A DNA stretch of 56,796 nucleotides from Chiloscyllium plagiosum (taxonomy: Eukaryota): positions 8,100,902 to 8,157,697 of the forward strand of contig NC_057753.1 in the NCBI RefSeq assembly GCF_004010195.1, given 5' to 3'. Below, one piece after another: positions 1-13,129 of this stretch. Position numbers and translations under genes: made by a program. How positions within the stretch are numbered: position 1 is the stretch's first letter; each line of letters begins with the position of its first letter. A model generated the notes under the pieces. That model saw only the letters and a program-made list of their open reading frames with translations. It searched no databases and was not told the origin of the DNA.

Positions 1-846
1 AGGATGTTGGTTAGGCTACTTTTGGAATATTGTGTGCAATTCTAGTCTTCCTCCAATCGGAGGATGTTGTGAAACTTGAAAGGGAGCAGCATGGTGGCTC
101 AGTGGTTAGCACTGCTGCCTCACAGCGCCAGGGACCCAGGTTTGATTCCCGCTTCAGGTGACTGTATGGAGTTGCACATTCTCCCTGTGTCTGCATGGGT
201 TTCCTCCAGGTGCTACGGTTTCCTCCCACAATCCAAAGATGTGCAGGTCAGGTGAATTGGCCATGTTAAATTGTCAAGTCGGGGTAAATATAGGGTTGGG
301 TAATGGGTCTGGGTGGGTTATACTTCAGATAGTTAGTGTAGATTTGTTGGGCTGAAGGGCCTGTTTCCATACTGTAGGGAATCTAATCTAAAAAAAAAGA
401 TTTACAAGGATGTTGCCAGGGTTGGAGGATTTGAGCTATAGGGAGAGGCTAAGTAGACTCAGGCTGACTGTTTTCCCTGGAGTGTTGTAGGCTGAGGGGT
501 GACCTTATAGATGTCTATAAAATCATGAGGGGCATGAATTGGGTAAATGGACAAGGTCTTTTCCCTAGGGTGTGGGAGTCCAGAACTAGAGGACATAAGT
601 TTACTGTGAGGGGGGAAAGATCTAAAAGGGACCTAAGAGGCAACCTTTCCATGCAGAGGGTGGTGCGTGTATGGAATGAGCTGACAGAGGAAGTGGTGGA
701 GGCTGGTACAATTACAATATTTAAAAGCCATCTGGATGGGGTATATGAATAGGAAGGGTTTAGAGGGAGATGGGCAAGTACTGGCAAATGGGACTGCATT
801 AGGTTGGAGCGAAGGGTCTCTTTCCATGATGTACATCTCTGACTCT
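1..846 (+). mobile_element. CR1 LINE 3' fragment interrupted by a SINE
   Basis: Typical CR1 ORF2 C-terminal sequence (ORF 525-752 ...LFPRVWESRTRGHKF...QRVVRVWNEL) and a ctctgactct tail. The host reads through across the SINE at 83-392. Confidence 0.85.
83..392 (+). mobile_element. tRNA-derived SINE (HE1/V-SINE-like)
   Basis: A-box TGGCTCAGTGG, B-box-like GGTTTGATTCC, central GGGTTTCCTCC...GGTTTCCTCCCACA core and (AATCT)n tail. Seven other copies occur in the window. Confidence 0.9.
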
Positions 847-1401
847 AAGAGCTACTTTATCACTGAATGGCTTTTGGAACATCATGTGGTAGAAGGTATA
901 AATGAGCAGGATTCTATTAAAGCCATAATGCCAATGCAGCTGTCCATAATAACTCATGGATGACAAGGGCCTTGTTCACAGTTACCAGACATTAATGATG
1001 AGGAATGCTGATCCACTGGTTTAAGCTACAGGGTAAGAAGTGTGAGAGATGAGTTGGCTAAGAAGGAAGTTAATTCCAGTGAATGTGTTGGAAGGGAAAT
1101 TCAGTGTGAAAGTAAGCTGAGGAATATGGATTTGAAATGTAAAGAACCCTCCAGAGAATTCCAAAAGAGGTGCAGAGGAAAGCTGCAGTTTTTTATAGGA
1201 GAGAGTCAAACCAAAATCTGTGGTAAAGTACAGAGGGTCAAGGACCATTAAAGGATTGGGATAGGATTTTGAAAGAGTGAATACCAGAAAAATAGCATAA
1301 TTGGAAGGGATTTGTTGTTAAATTGGCAATGTCACTGGATTTGATCTGATCACAGTTAATGTACTACCAGACAAGTCAGATCTCAGTATGAAAACTAACT
1401 T

Positions 1402-1530
1402 AGAACATAGAGCAAACAGTACAGCACAGTACCAGGCCCTTCAGCCCACGATGTTGTGCCGAATGTGACGCCAAGTTAAACTAATCCCTTCTGTCTGCCC
1501 ACGGTTCATATCCATCTGTTCCTTGCTTAT
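1402..1530 (-). mobile_element. Short CR1 3'-end fragment
   Basis: agaacatag...cagtacagcacag...ggcccttcagcccacgatgttgtgccg matches the 3' ends at 8705 and 48771. Confidence 0.7.
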
Positions 1531-2369
1531 ATTGATAGGTCTTTTCTTTTTAACTCATCTGCCATTCAATTAAACATAAGTGCACAAAGCTACACATTTT
1601 TTAAGAACAGAAAAGCATAAAATGAAACAAAGTATGTCTAAATATAAAACACTGTTCAGAAAAATTTTCAAACGCACAGCACAAAATAAATGCTTTCACC
1701 CTATTTGCAACACTAATACTTTACAGAAATTAAATATCCAGGGAGGAGACCTTTAAGTTTGACACAACTCCCTGTTCCCAGTTCTTTCCTGTGAACTGTG
1801 AAGTCTTCTTGCATGCATAGTCCCAAAACTGAGAACTTAGACTTCCTCAGCTTTCATAACCTTCACAATTATAATCAAACACTGTTCATCTGGAAGTTGC
1901 ACAAACTAACCTTCTACCAAAGTGTAATATTCCCTGAACTGTTTCATACTGCTTTCTAGGAAAGAAATTTTGCTGTGCTTTTGCGGTCATAAACCCAATA
2001 CAGTACTAACAATCTTCCTTTAATCTTACAGGGGTCCATGCTCTCTGACATTCAGGTATACGGGATTAAGTCAACATTCTGGAAAGACTTAATGATCCAG
2101 TTTTTTTTTTACAAAAACCTTTTGCAAAAGTAACCAACGCCCATAGGTCTCTATTTTGAAATCTAAGTTTAAGAAATGATATTACTCTATATAAAAATAA
2201 CATCTTTCATAACACTTATTCCCAAAGAAAAATGAAAATGTACCTATAAGGCATTTTTTTTCAACTCCTATTAAAAATTATTTTAATGCTATTTCAGTGC
2301 CATAATAACAGTAATAATATATTGAGATTAAAATATACAATATCAGAGCGAACGACTGGATCACAGCAT

Positions 2370-2758
2370 TTGCTGTTTTCATTAGAGAAAAGAAGGTTTA
2401 GGGGTGACTTGATTGAGGTGTACAAGATGATTAGGGGGTTAGATAGGGTTGACAGTGTGAACCTTTTCCCGCGTATGGAGTCGGGTATTACAAGGGGGCA
2501 TAGCTTTAAATTAAGGGGGGGTAGATATAGGACTGAAGTTAGGGGTAGGTTCTTCACTCAGCGAGTTGTAAGTTCATGGAATGCCCTGCCAGTAGCAGTG
2601 GTGGACTCTCCCTCTTTATGGGCATTTAAGCGGGCATTGGATAGGTATATGGACGATAGTGGGTTAGTATAGGTTAGGTGGGCTTGGATCGGCGCAACAT
2701 CGAAGGCCAAAGGGCCTGTACTGCGCTGTATTGTTCTATGTTCTATGTTCTATGTTCT
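2370..2758 (+). mobile_element. 5'-truncated young CR1 LINE
   Basis: LFSLEKRRFRGDLIEVYKMIRGLDRV...TRGHSFKL...QRVVSSWNALP followed by a (TTCTATG)n tail. Near-identical to the copies at 27752-27969, 30169-30600 and 53024-53524. Confidence 0.92.
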
Positions 2759-2764
2759 AAACCT

Positions 2765-3990
2765 TCTGTAATGTGTCAAACAGAACTGCAGACAGTCTCC
2801 CATCGATTCTGGAACCATCCTCCCAAACATCTCCCACATAATCTCCTAACTCTCGCAATCTGTGTATTCCTGGTTAGAGGCTGTGCATATATCTATGTAC
2901 CTCTTATCCTTCTTAAGTATTGTAACAATCTGTCCAGTTACCTTTAGGCATCTGTGAAGAACCATTCTCTGAGCTTTCGATTATGCTGCCATTCATTGAG
3001 TGCTACACTGGCTTGTGCTTTCTTCCAAAATGCATCACCTCATATTTATCAAATTTAATTTCCGTCTCCCATTGATCATCCAATCTAACTATTCCATTTA
3101 CATCTTACCTTCCATCTTAACACTATCAAATCTTCCAATATTCGTTTCAAACGCAAACATACTTATCAATCCCGCCCCTCTCCCACCCCTCACTGTCCTC
3201 CACATCCACATCCATGTCATTTCTGAAAAAGACAAATAATACGGGACACAACTCTGGTTCATATGGAATGCCACAAAACACTGGTCTCCAATCACACAAA
3301 CAGCTTTCTACCACTATCTTCTCTCTGCTGCTACCATGTCAATTTTGGATCCAACTTGCCAAGTCACCCTTGATACCATGAGTCTTTACGTCATAAGTTC
3401 CCTGTGTCAGCCTTTGGCAAATGTCTAGCTGAATGAGCAATATAAATTATCTCCCTGTTATAAAGACACACTGACTGTACCTGACCAAGCCTTGCCTCTC
3501 GAAATGGTGATCATTTTTCTCATTCCCTGTTTTCTCCTTTAGGTTCCTAACATTGATGGGCGTCGTCTATATTCCCCAGCTTTACCTTCACTACCCGTCT
3601 GGTAAAGTGACACAACATTAGCTGACCAAAGTTGATTTAAAACTTTGTGACAGCAACTTTTCTTTCTCGTCGCCTACAACAGCATGGGATACAACTCATG
3701 CAAACTTTGATATCTTCAATTTTAAACCAGCCCAAAATCTCCAATACCTGCTCGCACACCGTATGGATCTGCTAAAGAGCTTCATAGTCCACCTTCTCGA
3801 TTTCTCTGTCTGCATCCTTCTTCTCTCGAGTGACACAGGGAAGAACTCATTCCACAATCCAGCAATCTTCTGCGTCACGCACAGACTGCCCACTTCGTTT
3901 CTAATGAGCATCAATGTATCCTGGCTATTCTAGTCACTTGATACACTTGCAGAATATCTTGGATTGTCCCTGATCTTACTCGCCAGCACT
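2765..3990 (-). mobile_element. Heavily decayed CR1-like RT remnant
   Basis: Degenerate matches to CR1 motifs (ccaaaatgcatcacctca, tttcaaacgcaaac, ggatccaacttgcc). The 2765-3320 portion is paralogous to 22370-22920. Confidence 0.55.
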
Positions 3991-5239
3991 TTTTCATACC
4001 CCTGTGTTGTAGAACCCTCTCTGAGTGAAGCATTTCCTCCTTACTGAAGGCTTGAATGATCAGTTGTTTATCGTGACATCATGCCCACAAAATGTGGAGT
4101 AGACAGCTGGAGAAAAAAATGTGTATTTATATCCACGTTGTCATACGTTCTTTAAATGTTCTAAGTTTCACTGCGATCATCTCTCATTCTTGGAAACTAG
4201 AGATCACAGATCCAGTTACTGCGTCAGACAGACTGAAATTTGGACAGATTAATCAGGTGAACGTCCATTGCAATTTCACTTGGCCAATATGTATCCTTTG
4301 ATAGCTAGAACAATATTTGTGCAGATTGCTCCCGTCTCAGTATCACCACCACTCTATCCAGCTGGTGCAGGACGGCTAAATGTCTGGACTGCGATCCTTT
4401 TAAATGAAGGCCATTTTCTATGCTATCTGCATACCTTCCTCCCAATACCATTCCTTGTAATTACTTTTTTGGGGGCTATGATTCATTAGAGAGGACTTTA
4501 CAGCAATGGAAATATATCTTATCCAGTGTGTGTCCATTAGCTATGCTGCAAGAAACACCATCAAAAAATTCTGAAGATTAACTATTGTGATTTCCTTTTC
4601 GGGACTTCGTACTGATCTTTCCAATTGTGTCTTTACCTTCGAAGTATCTAATACCACGTGCTATATAATGAATTTGAACAGTTTCCCTCCAGAGAATATC
4701 AGGTTAATTGCTTTGTAGTTCACTACGCTCTTTCTTTATCACTTTGAAAGTAATTAGATTCATTTTGCTCCCTGACAGTTTTCCAAAATGGCTCCCTGCC
4801 TTGAAAGAAAGTACAGGGACAAATAAAAGAGTAATCAACAATGCAGTTAATATGTTTATTGAGGCATTGTCTATGTCTATTTCGATGTTCCGCCATGAAG
4901 CACATCCGCCATGATCCTTTGACATAACAATGCACAATCCAGTTACATTTTCAAGCCCTACATTGTTATTGATATCATTGAATTTAGCTGTTTAATTGCG
5001 CAAAGATCATGTGAACACTTGGTTTTCAGGGAAGTTTTGACAAATTGAAGTTACACGTACAGTAAGTGGAATTGTGCCTTCCTCATCGGCCTCTGAGATG
5101 AGAGAAACATTGATGTGCTTGTGCAATCTGTGTGATATGCTTGGACAAGCCGGAAATACACTCATTCTGTTACCAAAGGGACAGCCTGATTCATTATTGA
5201 ATAAAATCGAAATGATAGGATTCTGAATGGATTGATTAA

Positions 5240-6111
5240 TTAGTGATTCCGATTTATTAGTGAATTTGAACATTTCAGTACATTCTTCAGCTGTTGCCTG
5301 AACTTCTTCTGTGTCACGGCATAAATTGCAGTGTTTGTGCTGCAACTGAGAAGCTGTAGCATGAAGCCCAATTCCAGTACAAACCAATGTAGATACAAAA
5401 ACCTATATCCCAAATACCACATCCGGTACCATAGAGTGTACAGCATTGATGAGAACCATAATAGGATGAAGTTGGCCGAGATCACAAACAATAATGTGAT
5501 AGACTTTTTTCGATTTTGCATTTCTGTGTCACGTTGAACGTCTCCATTGGTGTGATCCCGGAGTCTCCTGCGGGCTCTGCTGGTCACTAAAATGTGCCTG
5601 ACCGTGAAACCATTGAACAACAGAATCAGGAGAAACGGGAGAGACGGGGTGAGAATGTAATGGAGGAACTCGATTGTGAGACAGACCGGAGACTCATAAA
5701 CATCGCTGGGTACATGACAAAACCAGGGGAGGTTCACAAGCCAATACTGATCTGAGAGCATAAAGTACCAGAAAATGTTCTTTAGAAAGCTCAGCACGGT
5801 CACCGTTCCCAGAACCATTGGTGTTGTTTTGTCACTGCAATATTTACTCTTCAGCCTCTGGCAACAAATCGATCGAAGGTGAAAATGACAGTGAACTGTG
5901 GCTGCATAAAGCAGGACAGCGTGGATATTGCACACGGGGATGGACCTCGGGAAATAAAACTGTTCCCAATAAACAATTGGAATTTGTCTCAATATCAGGT
6001 CAATGATAATGACCAGTAGATCCGCCACTGCCATGGCCACTTAGTAACGAGTGATGCATGGAGATAATCCACAATCTTTATAAGCCAGGACGTAAATCGT
6101 CTCTATGTTAA
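5240..6111 (-). pseudogene. gpr139-like: GPR139/GPR142-like GPCR pseudogene (copy A), exon 2
   Basis: Acceptor ...cctcacag|TT at 6112/6111 and in-frame TAA at 6043-6041. A 14-bp and a 10-bp deletion (~5870-5900) remove the TM3 DRF motif. Otherwise collinear with 17521-18416 (872 vs 896 nt). Confidence 0.88.
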
Positions 6112-8242
6112 CTGTGAGGAAGACAAAGAAACAAATTATACATTGGCTTGGAGTCAAAATTCGCAGTTTGATTAACGATCTAGTGAGATAGCAAAATGAA
6201 ACACTGCATTCAGAGATTTCTGGAAATAATTGGAACTGAAATACGAAGTGGCAAGTTCTGAATTACTGATAAAAATGTGAGGTAAAACACGGGAAAAACT
6301 CACTCTCCAAACAAACAGACATACATCCATAAAAAAAAGATGATTTCCAGAAAGTTTGCAGACGCCTGACACTCAAAAACAGCCACACTTCACTTGTTTA
6401 CAGATCCTAATATGCACGATGAAAACTTTACCGTTCCGAGGTTTTCCCTCCCTGTTCCTTGAAGACAAATAAAGTTTGGAAATATCTGTTTGTAGGTATA
6501 AATGGTGATCGATCGTCTGCTGTGAAGACATGCGAATGCAGTTTAAAAATAAGTTATTCACTCAGTACATAGCCTGAGATGACTTCGAACCAGTGTCTCC
6601 TTCTTCCTTCAATGGGCGGTCTTCCCTCACAATCTTATCTTTCGAATAATTAACAGACGTCCAGCCTTTCCAAAATATTTTCAGTGTTAGAATGTACAAG
6701 AGGGTGTCGATTATAGACTCTCGGTAATACAATGTTTCAGAGAGTGTCATTTCCATATGATGTTACAGAGAATTCACAGGTTCAGGGAACGACCAGAACT
6801 CCAATATGCAATACACAAGGAGGAGCAGTGTCGTTTGTTTAATCTTTTAGACAACACAGCGAATTACGATCCAGTTCAGTCATAAGACCACTCTGCCTCT
6901 CAAACCTGCTCCAGCACAAAATGAGGTTGTGGCTGACCTGATTGCGTCCTGACCTCCATGTTGTAAGAATTTTCAGTCATCCAACCTCCTGGGTTCCTGT
7001 CACTGAACAGACATCATTCGAACACTTTTTTTACGAAGGTTTTATTCAAGTACATTCTCAGGAGCCATTTTCAAGAAATGGAAAACGGATTTTCCAAGCA
7101 ACACATTACCTGAGCTTCATACTTTTATGCATGTATAATCATTTCATACGTAATCTAAGAAAAATACACTTGTTTTAGGGATATCAATAACCAATTATAA
7201 TAGTTGTTCTGGTTGTGATACTTATGTCACCATTTTTAAACGAATGACATCATCTGCATTTTGCATCTAATAGTAACATGTACCTTCTATAAATTCACAG
7301 ATTTTGTCCTTAGCTGTTATTTTGCAAGTTATTTGTCTTGTGGCCTGCTCATTGTTCTCGAAGTTTCTGTTACCCTTTGTCTATTTTTATTTATTAACAC
7401 TAGCAGTTTCACGTTCTCACGCTCGGTTGGATACATGGCTATTTTGTGATGCAGATGGAGGCCATCAAGGCAGGTTCCATTTCCACAGTGACAGAGGTTA
7501 ACATGAAGGTTCCAGTTTCTCAACCTCGCGCCGCAGCCGATATGTGATGACTGTCAGGTTAACATACCAAGAGGGGTCTCTGTCTAATATGAGCCTCATG
7601 ATCCTCTGGCAATGTAACGATTGTATTGCTTCACGCTCAGATTTAAACAATATAAAAGTATATTTCACAATTTTCTGTATCTCAACATCACTAAATTAAA
7701 CACAAGAGGGGAGATCTGCAGATGTCTACAGCATTGGGAGAGACACAGCGTGAAAGAAATCCGCACGAAATACGGATTTGCCACATAACTGGATGTAACG
7801 TATTTGTAGGAAGAGGGAAAGAGGTAGAGGAAGTGGACTAGCATTATTTTTTGTCATTCTTCCATGGGATGTGTGTATCCCTGTTTTGGCCAGCCATTTA
7901 CACCATCCTGACTTTCTCTTGAACAGAGTGTCTTGCTCGGCTGTTCCACGGGAAAATAACGAGGAAGACACATTTTCTGTTGGTCTGCAATCACAAGGAG
8001 ATATTACGAGGAAAGTACAGTGCGTAGCATTCACTAAATGGAATGAGTAAAGCAGATTTTGTTTTTCACAAATGTCAATGGCAGTTTCGTGGGCTCTTTT
8101 TAGATTTCTCCAATGTCCTCAATCCGAAAAGGACTAGCAACCAGATTATTATCCTGGGCGTCCACGTTTGCTTTCAAAGTTATGGTCACCATGGAAATGT
8201 TTCCCCATCGGCAATAAGAAAATGTATTATTTCAGGAATAAT

Positions 8243-11200
8243 TGTTATGGACCAACCAGACACCCAAAAAAAAATTAAGAAGGTAGCCCAGAGCCTAGCT
8301 TCTCCAGTTGAATTCAGCAGATGTAACATGAATATTCCAGTCGCAACGCAGCTGGTCAAACCACTCAATTCTAAATAAAACAGAATTTATTTACACATGA
8401 ACAAGAGAAATCTGAAGTTAGAATAAAGTAACTATTTGAAAACCCAATCGACAAAGAAACGCAACTTCACAAGGAGCTGTTAAGATTTCCTGCAATGCCC
8501 CATAAATACACGACTGAGGATTAAAGTAAATTCAAACATATTATCTTAAAGGAAAGATAATAATAGCGAGAGAGAAAGGATCAGTATGGAGCTGTTTATT
8601 TGGGTCCTCAGCTAAATCTTTAAAAGTTTCTTTAAATAGAGAGAACTGGGAACTCTGCTTTCATTAAACAAGTGTCAAAAAAGCCTGACAACTTCCGCTA
8701 ATTACATAGAACATAGAACAGTACAGGACAGAACAGGCCCTTCAGCCCACGAAGTTGTGCCGACCATTGATCCTCATATATGCGCCCTCAAATTTCTGTG
8801 ACCATATGCATGTCCAGCAGTCTCTTAAACATCCCCAATGACCTTGCTTTCACAACTGCTGCTGGCAAAGCATTCCATGCTCTCACAACTCTGTGCCAAG
8901 AACCCGCCTTTGACATCCCCTCTATACTTTCCTCCAACCAGCTTAAAACGATGACCCCCCGTGTTAGCCATTTCTGCCCTGGGAAATAGTCTGTGGCTGT
9001 CGACTCTATCTATGCTTCTCATTATCTTGTATACCTCTATTAGGTCCCCTCTGCTCCTCCTTTCCTCCAATGAAAAAAGTCAGAGCTCAGTCAACCTCTC
9101 TTCATAAGATAAGCCTTCCAGTCCAGGCAGCATCCTGGTAAACCTCCTCTGAACCCTCTCCAAAGCATCCATATCTTTCCTATAATAGGGCGACCAGAAC
9201 TGGACGCAGTATTCCAAGTGCAGTCTAACCAAAGTTTTATAGAGCTGCAACAAGATGTCAGGACTCTTAAACTCAATCCCCCTGTTAATGAAAGCCAAAA
9301 TATCATGTGCTTTCTTAACAACCCTGTCCACTTGGGTGGCCATTTTAAGGGATCTAGGTACCTGCACACTCAAGATCCCTCTGTCCCTCCACACTGCCAA
9401 GAATCCTATCCTTAATCCCGTACTCAGCTTTCAAATTCGACCTTCCAAAATGCATCACCTCGCATTTATCCAGGTTGAACTCCATCTGCCAACTTTCAGC
9501 CCATCTCTGCATCCTGTCAATGTCCCGCTGCAGCTTACAACAGGCCTCTATACTGTCAACGACACCTCTAACCTTTGTGTCGTCTGCAAACTTGCTGACC
9601 CATCCTTTAATCCCTCATCCAAGTCATTAATAAATATTACAAACAGTAGAGGCCCAAGGACAGAGCCCTGTGGAACACCTCTCACCACAGACTTCCAGGC
9701 AGAATACTTTCCTACTACTAATACTCGCTGTCTTCTGTTGGCCAGCCAATTGCGTATTCAGACAGCTACGTTTCCCTGTATCCCATTCCTCCTGACCTTC
9801 TGAATGAGCCTACCATGGGGAACCTTATCAAATGCCTTGCTGAAGTCCATATATTCCACATCCACAGCTCGACCCTCATCAACCTTTCTAGTCACATTCT
9901 CAAAGAACTCGATAAGGATTGTGAGTCATGACCTGCCCCTCACAAAGCCATGATGACTGCATTTAATCAAGCCATGCTCTTCCAGATGGTCATAAATCCT
10001 ATCCCTCAGAATCCTTTATAACACCTTGCAGACGACAGACGTGGAGAGCAAGGATGCAAAGATCTTCGCAAGTGGCGAAGCAATTGCATTTCTCGTTTCC
10101 CAAAGCAGCCGAGGACAAATCTGGCCCTGGCCTGGCGACTTGTCAATCTTAATGTTTGACAAAATTTTCAGCACATCAGCTTCCTCTATCTCTATCCATT
10201 CCANNNNNNNNNNNNNNNNNNNNNNNNNNNNNNNNNNNNNNNNNNNNNNNNNNNNNNNNNNNNNNNNNNNNNNNNNNNNNNNNNNNNNNNNNNNNNNNNN
10301 NNNNNNNNNNNNNNNNNNNNNNNNNNNNNNNNNNNNNNNNNNNNNNNNNNNNNNNNNNNNNNNNNNNNNNNNNNNNNNNNNNNNNNNNNNNNNNNNNNNN
10401 NNNNNNNNNNNNNNNNNNNNNNNNNNNNNNNNNNNNNNNNNNNNNNNNNNNNNNNNNNNNNNNNNNNNNNNNNNNNNNNNNNNNNNNNNNNNNNNNNNNN
10501 NNNNNNNNNNNNNNNNNNNNNNNNNNNNNNNNNNNNNNNNNNACCACAAGATCTGATACCTGCCCCGGCCCGTTTCCGAGAATATTGGGAAAGTTAAAGT
10601 CACCCATTACAACAACCCTCTACGTCCACACTTTTCCAAAATCTGCCGACCTATGCTTTCTTCAATCTCCCTGCTGCTTTTGGGGGGCCTGTAGTAAACC
10701 CCTAATGAGGTGACTGCTCCCTTGCTGTTCCTAATTTCCACCCATACTGACTCGGTAGGCAGATCTTCCTCGACAATGGAAGCTTCTGTAGCTGTGATAC
10801 CCTCTCTGATTAGTAGTGCTACACCCCCTCCTCTTTTCCCCCCTCCATAATATTTTTAAATACTCTAAACCCTGGATCATCCAGCAACCATTCCTGCCCC
10901 TGATCAACCCATGTCTCTGTTATGGCCACAACATCTTAGCACCAGGTACTGATCCATGCTCTGCGTTCATCACTTTTATTCCTGATACTCCTTGTGTTAA
11001 AGCAAACACACTTTAACTGATCCCTTGGTTCCTTCCCATGAAAGTCCTTCTCACTAGCTGGTCTATCTCTTGCTACTGCCTCATCTGCATCAACTCTCAC
11101 CTCCGGTATACAGCTCAGGTTCCCACCCCCCTGCCATACTAGTTTAAACCCTCTCGAACTACTCGAGCAAACCTTCCACCCAGGACGTTGGTCCCCTTCC

Positions 11201-11503
11201 AGTTCAGATGCAAGCCGTCCTTCTTGTACAGGTCCCACCTTGCCCAGAAGGTGCTTTCCTTCCCGGCTGCCCCTCTGGTCCTCGTCACTTTCTCCGCTAC
11301 TCCCGCTCCTTCTTAGCTGCAGTCTTCCGGGTTCGTACTGCCTCCGCTGCTGCTCGCACTCAAAATGGTGCTCAGTTAGGCAGCACCTCTAAGCTAATAT
11401 TAAAGTAGCCAATTCAGATGTTTCAGCACACCTGCATTTACGACCCCTCTCGAAAAATAAACCAAAGGCAGAATAACCTTGTTAAGGGAAGAGCTTCGTC
11501 AGA
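8243..11503 (-). mobile_element. Putative solo LTR in the intron of copy A, split by a CR1 insertion
   Basis: Homologous to 23608-24217 and 54984-55561. Begins TGTTATGG and ends CGTCAGA; 8704-11368 is a nested CR1. Confidence 0.5.
8704..11368 (-). mobile_element. CR1 LINE with internal deletions and an N gap
   Basis: RT C-terminus ([15 protein letters not shown]), endonuclease GDFNFP motif, esterase C-terminus and (CATAGAA)n 3' end. The empty site is seen at ~24083 in the paralogous intron. Confidence 0.9.
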
Positions 11504-11887
11504 GTATTTTCATTGTAAGTGGAAACGCAGCCAGAAGAGATTTGAAACAGTTTAGTCGGATTTGTCAAAAACATATAACCTGCAATGAGACTGAAGTGGA
11601 GACTGCCATGTTATGCTGGTGATGTTGGAAAGTATCTAGAGACATAAAGCTGTGCAAGGATAAATAGAATCATGAACTTAGCGAGCAGCCTACTTCCCCA
11701 GATGTTGATGATGGAGGGGTTTATAATTATATAACAGTGAGTAGTAATTTGCAACTTGTTTAAAAAATTGGAAAGAAGGACAATTTAATTGGAACTGATG
11801 GTATTATATCCCATCACGACAAAATGTAAATATCATGAGCAGTAATTCAGTTCACCTTGTTTTAGTAGAACAGACTAATTGACTTAC

Positions 11888-12104
11888 CAGGAACACCAAC
11901 AATAGCAAGGATTGCGTAGTAACCATTTTGAATAACCAAAAGTAAATAATGGATCCACCATGATAATGATATCTGATCCTGAGAAAACCAGGAACGAGCA
12001 TCGGATAAGCTCTGTTATTCCTTTTCAACATTCCAGTCGTCTGTTCTCCAATTCTGAGCCATTGTTGTAACATTCCAGTGTATGTTTCGGAGAATCCAAT
12101 CCAT
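11888..12104 (-). pseudogene. gpr139-like: GPR139/GPR142-like pseudogene (copy A), exon 1
   Basis: 217 nt from ATG 12104 to donor CCTG|GTAAGT at 11888/11887. Translates MDWILRNIHWNVTT...E*QSLS...YYAILAIVGVP with TAA at codon 30 (12017-12015). Confidence 0.85.
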
Positions 12105-13129
12105 TTTTGGTACATTCGGATTCTTCGTTCCTCAATTCGGACCTTTCCTTCCCCTCTCTCTCGCGACATGATGACCCCTGTTAGTGTCGGAGGTGATGCT
12201 GTCACAAGGCTGTCAGATAATACATTGAAAGGGACTTGTATTAATAGAAGAGGAAAACAGTTAGTGGCATAATTAGGATCCATGGAGGCCCGATATAATG
12301 ATGGTGACGAAACAAACATGTTCAGTCAACGCCTTTCAATTCAACGCTTTTTTTTAAATGAGGAAAGCTGCAGAAATATTAGTTGGAATATATGAGGTTC
12401 AGTAAGGGAAGGAACATTGGAAATAGTGCAGTGATTGCGTAAAATATTTCATTGCGTGATACCAAACGATGTTGAGACGTAAATGTGCATCTCTGTCCAC
12501 AACAGGAGATATACATTCTGTAATATCTGAACTGTCATTGTACTACATTCACACGCTGAGCTGGAAGTTTGGAACTGGGGTGAGTTGGGGGAAGGGGAAA
12601 TGAGGAAAAAAGCAGCAAAAGGCTCTAGCGACAGTTAAGAAAGGGAGAAATTAAAACAAGAAACGGGGACAGAGAGAATTTTTGAATATTGGAACTTAGG
12701 ACTGATAAGTGGAAGCTGACTTGAAATGGTGGAGATAAACGAGGAAAATAAATGTAGTGACGAGAACCGTAATGCAGAGCAAACATCTCGCAGTCAAAGG
12801 CCTGGTCGTCATCTGTTTATATATGTCCAAGCGTTGCCACGGATTGGTGTGAAGAATGTCGATGCAGTTATTCATTTCATTTGAGAATGTGACGAAAGAA
12901 ATCCATTGTGCGTTAACAATGTGGGATTCTTGGTTCAAAAGCAAGTTGGTAGATAGAGCTTGTGGTGTAATTTTGTCACTATCAAATGTGTGAACGTTTT
13001 GGTCTTATAGAAATGGGTATTTTGCTGTTATTCATAAATTCGCATCCTGAAAAATAGAGACCTCGTTGAAGTGCAGTGTTAGCACTGTAAGATGGTAGCA
13101 GAATTGGCAGATCAACTGTTGGAGGAAAG

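Noticed and set aside
83..160. tRNA gene
   Set aside because: The A and B boxes belong to the SINE head and continue into SINE core and tail; there is no complete cloverleaf.
1540..2214. Possible solo LTR ending CATAACA
   Set aside because: The other terminus and TSD could not be identified, and there is no second copy in the window.
10016..10713. Long ORFs containing X runs (also 27477-27781, 34997-35661 and 40037-40882)
   Set aside because: Their length comes from N gaps.
11852..12319. 155-aa ORF as exon 1 of copy A
   Set aside because: It is out of frame with the splice donor and with the homologous frame in B and C; the true frame has a stop.
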